Source of the DNA: Vicugna vicugna
Lineage: Eukaryota
Assembly: GCA_013265495.1 (NCBI GenBank)
Contig: MU058531.1
Coordinates: forward strand, 2,728,911-2,792,910
DNA length: 64,000 bases
Direction: 5' to 3'
Positions 12,095 through 24,423 of the stretch are shown here, piece by piece; positions within the stretch are counted from its first letter, which is position 1; the number at the start of each line of letters is the position of its first letter. The position numbers and the translations under genes are program-made. The notes beneath the pieces are model-generated. The model searched no databases. It was not told the origin of the DNA and saw only the letters and a program-made list of their open reading frames with translations.

Positions 12095-12518
12095 CTTATT
12101 CTTAAATATATTATTTTCTTCTTAGAGATGAGAAAATGGAAGACTGGAGGCTTTAAGTAACTTGCTCCTGATAATGCAGCTGGTAAGAGAAAGAGCCAGG
12201 ACTGGACCTCAGTATGTCTGGCTCCAGATCTTACTCTCCAAAGCATGTTATCCTTGCTTCGTGACTTTAGTAATTGCTTGGTGAAATGTTGGAATATTGA
12301 ATATTGTTCCCTGTGCTATACAGTAGAACTTCTATCTCCTCCCCCTCCCATAGGAGCAGCTCATGTGTGTGCTGCGAACATTATCACACTGTCACTAAGA
12401 GTCTGGCTCTTGTTTGCAGCATTGTGGTGACCTTGGGCACCAAGATAGTTCATTCTCTGAGCTTCTATTTGATCACTTGTAAAATGAGGGTGTTGGACTG
12501 TTTGATGCTGACTGCTTT

Positions 12519-12695
12519 CTTACCAGCTGTGTAGCCTTGGAGAAGTTACATAACCTCTCTGGCTCAGTTCCCCATCTCTGAAAGGGGTATCATTATTTCT
12601 GCCTCGTAGCGTGGTTGAGAAGATGATGAGCAATAACATGTGAAAGTGTGGGGTGCAGCACCTGGCACCATAATGATAAGTGATGACTGCCATTA
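12519..12695 (+). mobile_element. MIR
   Basis: 'ttaccagctgtgtagccttggagaagttacataacctctctggctcagttcccatctctgaaagggg'. Confidence 0.75.
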
Positions 12696-14299
12696 TCTCT
12701 TCCTAAGGATCCTGGAGTCTGGAAGTATTGGGAAGAAGGACTCACTTGCCAAGGGAGATCCTGCTGGGCCTTGCAAGGGCATTCTGGTCTCTATAGAGAG
12801 GATTCCACATTAGCACAGGCAGGGAATTAAGAGGGACCTAAAATTCTGAGCTAAAAGGCAGCCTACTAATTGTTTGAGCTGCCATTTATTAAACCCCTAC
12901 TATTCTCTAGATGCTTTACAAATAATCCCACATTCAGCCTTGGCTCAGCCCAGCAGGCCGGACATTAATAGCATCCCTATGGCTAGTAATGAGTGGAGGT
13001 GCCAGGATTAAAAACCCTGCTCTTTTTTCTTTATTACCTTACTCTGGTTATGCTTAATATGAATTTTGGGGGACACAATTTTACCTATAACAGACCCCAT
13101 GTTTGGAAGGTAGTTTTGGTGTTGCTAGCCAAGTAGGAAGACATGAATCATGCTGACTGCTCGTGGATGCTCACAGATACTTATTGGTGATGGCGTCTTT
13201 CCTGTGTAGATGTCCATCTCCTGGAGGGTCCCCTGCCCTTTTCTGCACCTGAAAGAGGTAGGGATGAGGGGGTTACTCAGAAGCCCAGCTTGACCAAGGG
13301 GGACTTAGGCAGGAGAACTTATATGTCTGGCCTGTGATGGTAGGGGATTTAGTCCATGGCCAAGAATCCATGTGACCTAATCCAAATTGGAGAAAGGAAG
13401 AAGGGGGGTAGGAGATTGGGTTGGGATGAGATGTGGACAAAAAAGGACAGTTGTGCCCTGGAGAACTCTGCAATAGGAGTCTTATGGGGTGGAGCAGACA
13501 TGTTTGCACACATAATTGTCAAGTAGATTGGGGTTTTCCATAGTGGATCCTGTGGAATATTGCTTTTGTGGGATATTAAATAGATATTGCATGAAGGAAG
13601 GGTTTCATGGCAAAATATGTTTGAGGAACAATACTAAACTGAATTTTCAACATTGAGATTTTAGAAATGTTAATATACTAATATGGACAAGGCCTCTTCA
13701 AGACAAGTCAGTAGTGAGCAGCATTCACAATTCGATTGCACCACAAAAACTTTTTGCTCAGGAGCATCTTGCAAGGATGCATTTTGAGAAATGTTGAACT
13801 AGGAAAGGATGAACCCAGCGTGAAGAAAATCACAGACTTGGTGGATGCAGTGCTTAATAGTCTTGGAAAATTCTTAGTTTACTTTATTACCATCCTATCT
13901 TCCTCCCTTCCTAGAGTTTTCCTCTGTTGTTAGTATGTTGGATTTCCTTGGTTTGTGAAACATTTCTAGATGTTTATACCATTTCTTGGAAATGACTGAT
14001 AAAATCCTCAACATTGATTACACAACTATTAGCAAAATTATTTTGCATGATGCCACAGGCCTAGGACCAACTTTTATCATACAGCCTACTTCTTCCAATC
14101 CGAGCACCCCCTACCCCTCACACAGGGGAACTTTTATGAAGTGTTTGTGGGCTCCCAGTAGTCTGCTTACACCAACATAGACTCGAAAGTTGTCATCATA
14201 TGACCCTTTAAAGGTCTACTTGCTACCTGAGATGAGGTAGAGCATACTGAACAGATTTAGGGTCCAAAGTTCATTTTCTTTCGCATTTAGTCTAAAATA

Positions 14300-15170
14300 G
14301 GTCATTTGTTTGGATGAATCTGGAGACAGATAATTTATTTGGGAGGTCACCACAGGAAGCCCAAATGAAGAATTTGGGAAAGTGAAACAGAGAAATTAGG
14401 AGAGCCAATAATGGGTACATTAATGAATGGGTTCTTGTTGTAAACTGAGACTCAGTCTGACTGGGGAACCTCTGGGAGACCATGTGGAGCATATCTTGGA
14501 ATTGTGCCACCAGAAGATGGGGTGGCTGGAGCATTTGCCTACCTGCTCACCTCCCCCATTGGTTGAGGGCTTAACCCTGAACTGGGTTGAAGTGTCCCCT
14601 TAAAATTCTTGTTCTTTCTGGAATTTGAGAATGTGACCTTATCTCAAAATAAGGTTGTTGCAGATGTAGTTAAGATGAGGCCTCACTGCAGTAGGGTGGG
14701 CCGTTAATCCAGTGTGGCTGGTGTCCTTATAAGGAGAGGAGAAGCATAAAGATGGAGACGCGAAAGGAAGATGGCCATGTGAAGACTTGGGGCAGAGATA
14801 GGAGTGGTGCTGCCACAAATCAAGGAAGGTCAAGGATTGCTGGCAACCACAGAAGCTAGGAAGAGGCAAGGAAGAATCCTCCCCTAGAGCCTTCAGGTGG
14901 CTCTGCTGACACCTGGGTTTTGGACTTAATTGCCTCCAGAACCATGAGATAAAAATGTTTGTGGTACTTCATTAGGGCGCCCCTACCTGGTACACCCCAG
15001 AAGGTGGGAAGCCCCCACAGCTCCCTAGGTGCCCAAGAAAGCCTTCAGGCAGAGAATCAGAGATGCAGGTACTTGAGATGGCGTATTGTCAGCAGCTGAA
15101 ACCATCCCAGCTGGAGTGAGCTCAGGGGTGAACATAGGGCAGGATATCCACAGTGTCTGCTACCAGATAT
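14300..15170 (-). mobile_element. ERVL-type LTR remnant (LTR16/LTR33-like) split by an MLT1 insertion
   Basis: 'gataatttatttgggaggtcaccacaggaagc','ctggggaacctctgggagaccatgtggagc','cccattggttgagggc', resuming after 14985; subfamily uncertain. Confidence 0.5.
14578..14985 (+). mobile_element. MaLR LTR (MLT1B/C-like)
   Basis: 'gaatgtgaccttat','ttgcagatgtagttaagatgagg','ggtgtccttataaggagagg','gctaggaagaggcaaggaagaatcctcccctagagccttcagg'. Confidence 0.85.
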
Positions 15171-15194
15171 AGTCTGACTTGTTAAGAAGCATTA

Positions 15195-15570
15195 CGTCAT
15201 AGCTAAGTGCATGAGCTTACAAGTCAGGTTCAAACCTCTGCTCTGTCACTTACAAGTTTCAAGACTGTGGGCAGGTTACAGAACCTCTCTGAGGCTCCAC
15301 TTTGTTTATAAAATGGTCATGAGATCATACTTCACAGACATGTTGTGAGTATCACTACGTTCCCTTTTTTATCCAGCATGATGTCAGGCACATGGCTCCG
15401 TGCAATAAACATCATCTATTATCGTTAGGCATTATTAGTAGAAACAGTACAGACTTTGGATTCGAACAGACTCGAGTTTAAATTGCAGCTTTGTTGCTAC
15501 ATGACCTTGAGCCAGTTACTTAAATTTGAGTTTCAGTTTTTCCGTGAAGATCATAACACTATGTGTGAAG
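15195..15570 (+). mobile_element. Two adjacent MIR fragments
   Basis: 'ggttcaaacctctgctctgtcacttac...gtgggcaggttacagaacctctctgagg' and 'gactttggattcgaacagactcgagttta...gaccttgagccagttactt'. Confidence 0.65.
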
Positions 15571-16231
15571 CCTCTGCTAGTTTTAACTTTTCTCCGCGGC
15601 TCCAGGAAGCATAAAAGATCATTGTGGAGGTATCTTTGAAAGCTTCTGCTCATGCAGGGATGAGATTCCAGGTGGTATTTCTGAAACCCAGAGACTCTCC
15701 CTGAGTCCATGTTAGAATGCAGAGCCTGGAGTGGTGTGTCCTCTTGATCTTGCTTTCTGACACCCATGTTCTACCTGCTGTCTCTTTGGTATCTTGTCTC
15801 CCCACCTCCCATCACCCTGCATCTGACTTGTGCTAATAAAGCCCAAATCCCAAATATGACACGTAGAGTCTGGGCTGCAGCCCTGGCCGGCTGCCTGGCG
15901 GGCATTCCTTTGAGTAAGGAAAGGAAGCTCAGACGCCTGCCCATGCCTTTGTGTCTGAGCTGGAAATGTTGGCAGCAGCTCGGTGGAAAGGAGCTGGAGC
16001 CTCTTTCCAAGGGCAAGGTGGGTCAGCCCCTTCTCTGGCTTCTCGGCACACAGACCGCGAGGTGGTGGGGCCGGTGTGGATGGGATGACACAGGCTGTTA
16101 AATCTTTCTATTTCCCATCTCACTCTCAACTAACAGTCTATCCAGTGCTCTGGGGGAAAGTGTGAACAGTAGGGAGGACCGCCCCCAGGAGTCCCCTGAC
16201 ATGCCCACATGCTCCAATCCCCACTGTCCAG

Positions 16232-16743
16232 ATAGATGTCCAATATGGCAGCCACCAGCTGCATGCTGCTGTGGGACACTGAAATGTGCCTAGTGCCACT
16301 GAAAACCAAAACCTTACTTTTTATTTAATTGTAATTTAAAAACAGATGCTTGATTCAGTTATTGGAAAAATTTAAAAAATTTGTTTGGAACAGCTTAGGT
16401 ATGTGGATCATACCTTTTACTTTTATAACTGTACATTTTTATGAAACCTAAAAACAGATTAAATATTTCCAAGGAAAATTTAGCATCTAAATGGAGATGT
16501 GCTGTAGATGTAAAATGAATACCAGATTTTGAAGACTTAGTTTGAAAAAAGAATGTAAAATAAATCATTATAACTTTTTAAACATTGATGACTTGGTGAG
16601 ATGCTAATATTTTGGACATATTGGGCTAAATTAAATATATTATTAAAGCTTTTTACCTACCTTTTTTGATTTTTTTAAAAAATGTGACTGGAAATTTTTA
16701 ATTATGTGTATAGTTTGCATTAAATTTCTATTGGACAGCACTG
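16232..16743. mobile_element. hAT-Charlie DNA transposon remnant (Charlie1/MER3-like)
   Basis: 'tgtccaatatggcagccaccagctgcatg...actgaaatgtgcctagtg' and terminus 'tttctattggacagcactg' (TIR-like); internal 'gagatgtgctgtagatgtaaaa...ccagattttgaagacttag'. Confidence 0.75.
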
Positions 16744-17821
16744 CTCTATAGATGTGTAGAAGCATAGCACTGGAAGGATCCTCAGCCATCATCTGGAGCA
16801 TTCTCATTTTCTAGGTGAGGAATCTGACACGCAAGGAGATTAAATGGCCTCCCAAGAACTAGAACCCAGACCTCTTTTCTCTGGGCCACGGAAGGAAGGA
16901 GACAAATGACTATTTGGCACTAAGTGTATACCAGGAATTTCATAGACTCATCTCAGTTTGGAACAGGGCTCTGGAGATGGACAGCTTCCCTGACCTCCAC
17001 CAACCTCCTTTGCTCAAACTGTCTTATTTTTCCTCCTCCGTGGGGTTGATCTCAGCGATTCCCAAGGGGGTACCCTCAGGATCCAGTAAACATTTGTGCT
17101 AAAGCATCTATAGTGTGTTGACAACTCAGAGGAGTCAGAAGTCCTGGGCTCCACTCCCTGTGTGATTTAGACAGGACAGCCAACCCTCTGGGCTTTCTGA
17201 GCTCAAGCATGTCCTTGATTCTGCATCCCCCTGATACCTCCAAGGATTCCCAAAGTCTTAGTATGAAACCAGTGCCTTAACTTGACATTCATCATCTCTA
17301 TAGTCTAGGTTCATTCAGTTTACGTTCTCCATTCTTAAACTCCTCCTCCCTGCTCTGACTCCCTTTGTCCTGTGGAAGCCCTGAACTTTCACCTCTACAT
17401 CCTCACCTCCCTCTGTGAATGGAGTGCACCCAGGATGCTCAGAGCAGTGCCCTGTAAATGCAGCTTTTATCATTTCCGCCCAGAGCACCTACTGCTCATC
17501 TTCAGTCCCTGCCTCATCCACACAGCATCACCCATGCAGTGCTCTAGGCAAAGATATTCAACCAGAGTCTAACAATCACAGATTTTAGACTGTGGACATG
17601 GTATAAGATAATTGGCTAGGATTCTTCAAAGATGTCAATGGCTGGATATACAATAAAGAAAAAGGTGGGGAAGATCGTTCTAGATAAATGGAGATACTCT
17701 AGACTGTTCTAGACTAGACTGACAACCAAATGCAACGTGTGATCCTTGCGTGGTTCCTGGATTAAAAAAAAAAGGATAAGGAATCTTACTGGCACAATTA
17801 GTGAAATTTTCTTATGGTTTG

Positions 17822-18785
17822 TGTATTAGTCTGCTAGGGCTACCATAATAAAATACCACAAATTGAGTGGCTTAAACAATAGATATTTATCTTTCTCACA
17901 GTTCTGGAGGCTAGAAATCCAGGACCAAGGTGTTTACTGGTTTCTTCTGATGCCTCTCTCCTTGGCTTCCAGATGGCTGCCTTTTCCTGTGCGCTCACAT
18001 GGTCTTTCCTATATTTGCATATTTGTATCCTAATCTCTTTTTTAAGTTTTTTTAATTGAAGTATTGTCGATTACAATGTGTCAATTTCTGGTGTACAGCA
18101 TAATGTCCTAGTCATGCATATATATACATATATTTGTTTTCATATTCTTTTTCATTAAAGGTTTTTACAATATATTGCATGTAGTTCCCTGTGCTATACA
18201 GAAGAAATTTGTTTTTTAATCTATTTTTATATTTAGTGATTAGCCTTTGCAAATCTCAAATTCCCAAATCTATCCCTTCCTACTCCCTTTTACTTGGTAA
18301 CCATACAATTGCTTAATATGTCTGTGAGTCTGTCTTTGTTTCGTAGATGAGTTCATTAGTGTCCTCTTTTTCTTTTTTTTTTAAATTCCTCATATGAATG
18401 ATATCATATGGTATTTTTCTTTCTCTTTCTGTCTTCACTTAGAATAATGATCTCCAGTTCCATCCATGTTGCTGCAAATGGCATTATTTTGTTCTTTTTT
18501 ATTGCTGAGTAGTATTCCATTATATTAATATACCAAAACTTCTTTATTCTGTCATCTGTCAATGGACATTCAGATTGCTTCTGTGTCTTGGCTATTGAAT
18601 ATAGGGCTGCTAATCTCTTCTAATAAGAACTACAGTCATATTGGACTAGGGCTCACCTGTGTGACTCATTTTACCTTAATCAACTCTTAAACGTTGGCCC
18701 TATCTCCACATACAGGCACATTCTGAGGTACTGGGGATTAGGACAACATATAAATTTGGGAGAGGATACAGTTAAGCTCATAGCA
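17822..18785 (-). mobile_element. MaLR LTR (MLT1A-like) interrupted by an L1
   Basis: 'tgtattagtctgctagggctaccataataaaataccaca...ctcacagttctggaggctagaaatcca'; resumes 'ctaatctcttctaataag...cattctgaggtactgggg...gttaagctcatagca'. Confidence 0.85.
18040..18612 (-). mobile_element. 5'-truncated lineage-specific L1
   Basis: Poly-T then antisense L1 3'UTR; TSD ctaatctctt at 18030-18039 and 18610-18619. Confidence 0.92.
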
Positions 18786-19224
18786 GTCTGAATACTGATA
18801 CTATTAATCTTAAACTCGCTGGATGTGAAGAGACATTGTGGTTATTTAGAATGTCCTTGTTCTTAGGATGTATATGCTGAAGTGTTTAGGGGTGAAGGGT
18901 CTTGAGAGCTGCAACTTTCTCTCGGTGCAGAAAAAAAAAGTGTATGTAGAGAGAGGGCAAATGTGACAAAATATTAACAATTGATCAGTCTCAATGAAGG
19001 ATATAAGGTATTCCTTGTAATATTCTTGCAAATTTTCTATAGGGTTGGAAATTTAAAGACAAAAACTTGGAAGGAAGGAACCCTGCTTCATCCTCTAGAC
19101 CCCAGATCCCCAAAATGTGATGCCACTTTCTCCCATCGTGTGCTCAGAGGGTGGCCATTCTTTTCTGTCTTAAGACTTACCGTGGCTTTTAATTTTGTGT
19201 TTGTGTTTTGTTTACTCGACCTCT

Positions 19225-19345
19225 GTCTGTCTGAGCTCCACAGGGGCAGGCATTGGTCTGCTTGGCTCCTGTCTGCCCCCCAGCACCTGGCACAGGGCCT
19301 GGCACTCAATATTGATGGATTGAGTGAATGATTAAATGAATGAAC
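19225..19345 (+). mobile_element. L2 3' end
   Basis: 'gagctccacaggggcagg...ccccagcacctggcacagggcctggcactcaatatt...gaatgattaaatgaatgaa'. Confidence 0.7.
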
Positions 19346-19444
19346 ATAGATGGGGTGGGTCAGGGACAGATCAGAAATATGGAAGAGGGGAGGGAGAGTC
19401 TAGATCCCAGACAGTGTTTCAAAAGTTAATGAAGATGGATCCAT

Positions 19445-19600
19445 CCTTGCTCTCCTGCCTTCTTTTCCTCTTTTTCTGCTTTATATCTCCTTCTGATTCC
19501 TCCTCCTTCTCTCCCCTCTTCCCCACCTTCCCTCCCCCTCCCCCTCTCTTTCCCTTTTGTCTGTTGCTGTTGATTCCTGGGTTCCCCTCCCTCCCTCCCC
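19445..19600 (+). repeat. Low-complexity polypyrimidine (CT-rich) tract
   Basis: Long stretch almost entirely C/T, e.g. 'tcctccttctctcccctcttccccaccttccctccccctcccctctctttcccttt'. Confidence 0.85.
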
Positions 19601-20789
19601 GGGCCTGTCTGGGTTGTTAAGAGATCTAAGGCCCTTTGGGAAGTCCAGATCCTTGGAAGGGGAGCAGGAGCTAGCGGGTGCAGGGCACTGCTCCATCCGT
19701 GCTGTAGGGGCTTGCTGAGGCCCAGTGGGGCAAGGTGGTGGGCACTGGACCAGGAGCACGGGCAGGCGAGCCGCCAGGGGACATCTCATGGCCTGTCCCA
19801 AGCTTTAATTTTCTGGGAAGGAAATCTCTTCTTCAAAGGGCTCCTAATTCCTCTCCTGCAAAAGACAAAAATTCTCCTCCCTGGGGCACTGGAGACTTCC
19901 CTCCAAGCACAGATAAAATTCCTCTTGCCCAGTAATGCTTCTGACCAGGACTGGGAGGTGGCTCAAGAACACCCAGATGGGCTGGGCGCCCCCGATCGAA
20001 GTGAATGCCGGCTGACTAGGTGGAGCCCTGGAAGATGGAACAACCCAGGTCTCAGCCTTGCCCTGGCATCCCACAGCTGTGGCCTTAGGCAAGCGCTGGT
20101 CCCTCACCTGAGCCTCAGTTTTCCCATTCCTGAAAGAGGCAGTTGGATTCCATGGGGACTCAAACTGACAGTGATGGAGGGACTGCCACCCTCTGAAAGG
20201 ATGCTGCCCTGTGTGGGCGTGCATGTGTGTAGGGGTACACTTGGTTAGAGAGCATCCCTAGTTCCCATCGAATTTTCAAAGAGGTCTCTAATCACCGCCT
20301 TCCCTCTTCCTAGCACCGTTAGCCTCTGAGTGGGGGAAGTCTCCACTCCAGCTTCACCTAGAAGACAGAGCTTCTATGTACCAACTGGCAGGCTGTGCAC
20401 TGCACAAAGGCACCAGTCCAGGAGGAGCCAGGGCTTAAATTCAGATCATCTTAACTGAACAAACCACCAGCCCTGGTAGGGCATCTTTAAGAAGTGAAGG
20501 AAGGTTCTGTGCAGGTCCGCAGTTGCTTAGGAGCTGCTGTTAAATCGCTGCTTATGGCTTGATGACCCTGGTACTTTCAAGGCAAGCTGGGAGACTCACT
20601 CCAGCTGGAAAGAGCTGCAGAAATACTCTAGGACCTCAATTATATCCCGAATCTATTCACTCCTCTCCAGCCACCCTCATCTTGCCCAGACCACAGGAGC
20701 AGCCTTCTTGAGATTTCCCTGCTTCACCCCTGTCTCCTCCCACAGCAGGCAGAGGATGCTTATAAACCCACAAGTCAGCTGGTATCACA

Positions 20790-21145
20790 CTGCTCCCATT
20801 TAAAACCCTCCCATGCTCCTCTAAATCCCCTCCCCTCATGGTACTTTGGATAAAACTCAATGTGATTTTTCTCATCACTTAAATCTCAGCTCCAAGGTTG
20901 TCTCCTCACAGAGGCCTTCCCTGACCACCCCATGCAGTGAGCACCCCATATGCTGCCCTCCATCAGATTTTATCTCAATGGTTTGAAATGATTTGAACCT
21001 GCTCCCGGGTTTCTTGTGTGTCTCCCTCACTAGACTGTAAACCACATGAGGGCAGAGCCTTTGTGAATCTGGTTCATGGCTTGACTCCTGTGACCAGCTG
21101 GGACATGGGAAGTGCTCAGGAAACTTTTGTGATTGAATGAAACAA
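20790..21145 (+). mobile_element. L2 3' region fragments
   Basis: 'ctcctcacagaggccttccctgaccacc','ctcactagactgtaaaccacatgagggcagag','tgattgaatgaa'. Confidence 0.65.
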
Positions 21146-24100
21146 TAAATAGATAATTGTTTTGTTCCCTCTCCCTACCTCGTTAGTTTCAGAGCTGAAT
21201 AAACAGAAGCCCAGGGTGAAAGGTGGGGCATGTGAAATGAATTGTCCGAGTTCACCCCACATTCTCAACCTACTGGTGGTAGAGCCAGGACTAGAACCTG
21301 GTCCACGGCCTCTGAGCATGGGCTGCCCTCCCAAGGCAATTTCAGGCTCGCAAGGATACCTGATGCTCCCAGGGTAACCTGAGCTGTGAGTGACTTTTAG
21401 ATATTCTTACTGTCCCAAGGGATGTGATCTGATGTCACATTCCAAGCCCCTGACTTCCCTCTGATGTGAACCTTTCAGAGAAAGGATGTAGGAGAACAAA
21501 ACCATTGGACATCAACACTGGACTTCCTGCCAAATGTCACACTGAATTCAGGTCCCATCTACTTACTGTAGCAGATTTAAGAAGATCCTAAAGTCACTAA
21601 AATCTTTTTAAATTAACTTTTTATCAAAAAAGTAATCGAACAGAATTTAAAGAGTCAAGTAATGCTAACAAGCTTATATCTTTAAAAAAACAGTTAATCT
21701 TGTTAATGCTGAGCCAAGTGGTATACTATTATGTTATTCATTTTCTTGTGTAACATTTTTACTTTCCTGGGGCTAATTACTGCTCATTTTTCTCATTGTT
21801 TGGATTTCTTTGAACCTTTGGCTAAGTCTTCCCACATCCTCTAACACACCAAAAGTGCTTCTCAGTACAGTTTTTCCCGTTAGTAAACTTGTCAGCTAGT
21901 CTCTCAGTCTCATATTTTCCCAGAGATGGTGCTCTAGGGCCCCTGGCTCCCTAGGCCTCCTGGCCATGGTTAAGGAAACCAGGAGAGCTTAGAATATAGT
22001 GGCAGCTGCATCTCCACTCTCCCTTGGGTCCTTGCTTCCATACCCGTGTTCAACCACCTTCCTTTGACTGTCTCTTTAAAAGAATGTTGCCGACATCTCA
22101 CTGCGTATCAAAAATCCAGCGTGGGGTGAAGGGAGGAGGCGTGAGATTACACTTTGCCTGGGTCCTTCACCAGTGCTTTGATTTGCGCCATGACTGGATG
22201 GAACATCTGAGCCAGATCTGTGTGAGATGTTGGCCTGGTTGTTGCTAGAATAAATTTTGTGGTGTCCCCTGAGCATACTCAGGCCCTCAAGTTTTGTGGT
22301 AATTCAAAAGAACAAGTCAATTAGAAGGAAACAGAATCCTCCAAGCATCCCTCAAATCTTGTTATTCCGCTTGGTGCCAGCCCTATAAGTGGTCAGTGCC
22401 GTGATCTGAAGGGTGTCTGGAAGGGTCCCTGTCCCTGAACGTCAACTCTGCTTGAAAAAGCCTGCCTGAAGTCTCCCATTCATGCTAACCTCTACTGCCT
22501 AAGGATCTGTTATTGGAACTCACATTTCTCTTGGAGGGATCGCACTTAAAACTACATCCATTATTACTTTAGGGGGAATATGTATTAACTGCTTTCCAGA
22601 GAGCGGGTAGGGTGGAAGGGCAGTGAAGAGAGCTCTTCCGCAGGGCTACAGGGCCCTCCGTTAGCAGGCTTGTCAGGAGAGAGTAGTTACCAAGGAGGGT
22701 GGAGGGAGGCACATCTGCAGGAACTTCAGACCCTTAGCTCCTCTATATCTTCACCTCTTCCCCAGATCTCTGACTCCCAAGTCAGATGTGAGTTTTCTCA
22801 CGTGTGAGCTTCCTTTCGTGCCATGACAGCATCAAGTAGATATCAAAAAGGATGGACTTGGTTCTTCTCTTTCTTCCCTGCCCATGGCACAGCCCATGGA
22901 AGTGAAGATCCCTCATTTGAGCTGACTCTCACCCAGAAAACTAGGGAGGAAGTCTTACCAGGGCTCCAGCACCACCCTGTGGCACCCTGATAACACATGC
23001 ATCTGCCCTGATGCCCAAAGCTGCTGTTCAGGGCTCTCTGGCCACGGCTGGACCAGAGGCTTAGCTGATGTCTGCAACTGTGGAGCATCAGAGCTTGCTG
23101 TGTTCTTCCAGATACCTAATAGCCAAGACCCTCCAATTCAGACTCACCCCCTTTGTAAAGAGGAGAATTCAGGGAAGGTTTACGGCAGTGTGAGTTCGAT
23201 ACAGCCCTCCCCAGCCCTGGTTCTACATGGATGTCATTCTTGCCATCCGTTTTTTCCCCTCTCTCCTCTGGTTTTCACTCCCTCTGTCTCTTTCAGTCCC
23301 TTCCTTGTCTCCCTTTGTCTTTCTGTCTCATGTTCTCTAAACACAGCTTTCCTTTCCCAAATCAAAAAAGCCTTAAAACAATGAGGCAAACCTCAGCACT
23401 GAAAGGTCTGAGCTGGGACTTCTCTTGGCCTTAGCTCTGCAGATGTGTGTGGGTTGGTTTGCTGATGGTTTTGTGTCACATGAAGGAGGAAGGGTCCTGG
23501 TCTGTTTTCGTAGCAGGATGTGGACCCTCCTACTCCCTTAGTGACTAGAAGCATGGATTTGCTCTGAATTATCAGCACGGGTCTTTGCCCTCTAGATTCT
23601 GTCTGTGACCATAACTTTGAGTGTGTTCTCAATATTTATTAAAAGCTGAGTTGAACCTAACTGTAGATCGAGTTGGTAATATTACCATGCAGAGGAAAAC
23701 AAAGAACCCATCTAAGGACCTTGTGTACACAGTTGTTACCGCACACCCTTGTGGGATATAGGCCAAGGATTACTGAAGAGCAAAGATATCCTCCTTCACT
23801 TAGGCACTTTGTGGTCAGTAATTGTGGTGAAGTAATTCCTAAATTGTTTTGAGTATATTGTAGTAAATAAGTAAATAGATTGGTATTTGAGGGAACTAGG
23901 ATTTTATGGTGGAAGAAGGGATGTGTGAATACAGAATGGAGAAAGAAGAGGAAGAACTTTTGGTGCTGGATTGGAATTGGAGTATCAGTACAAACACACA
24001 GTTGAAAAGTAGGAATATATTTCTTAGTTCTGTTCCCTCCAAAGCCCTGGATGCAGTGACACTCCAGAGATAATGAGCTCTAAATGGCACCAGAGCACCT

Positions 24101-24423
24101 TACAGAAATGGCTTAATTCCAGGGCCAGGAAAGGGAAAGTGCTAGGTGAGTCTGGAATGTCTTATTATGCCAGAAAGTGCTCCAAGTCAGAAAATGTTCA
24201 AAACCTGAGATATCAAAAAGACATAGGAGCCATTGTGAAGGAGATCACATTGGTTTAATTTGGGCCAACTGGAGCATCAAAAAGAGTAGTGAAAGTCATA
24301 AACAACACTTCAAATAAAAGATCAATGAGTTCATTGAGATGCTGAAATAATGATAATAATAATACTGTAATAAATCATGGGGTGAGATGGGAAAGCTCTT
24401 CTTTACAAAATAATGCCACCAAA

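Larger units (their letters stand above)
17590..19070 (+). mobile_element. Old L1M (MC/ME-type) 3'UTR, host of nested MLT1A and L1
   Basis: 'gacaaccaaatgcaacgtgtgatccttgcgtggttcctgg' before 17820; 'gaatgtccttgttcttaggatgtatatgctgaagtgtttaggggtgaagg...ttcttgcaaattttctatagggttggaaatt' after 18786. Confidence 0.7.

Noticed and set aside
19712..20248. 178-aa plus-strand ORF
   Set aside because: Non-ATG start, overlaps a MIR-like core (~20075-20150), no domain or clear splice context; expected by chance in GC-richer DNA.
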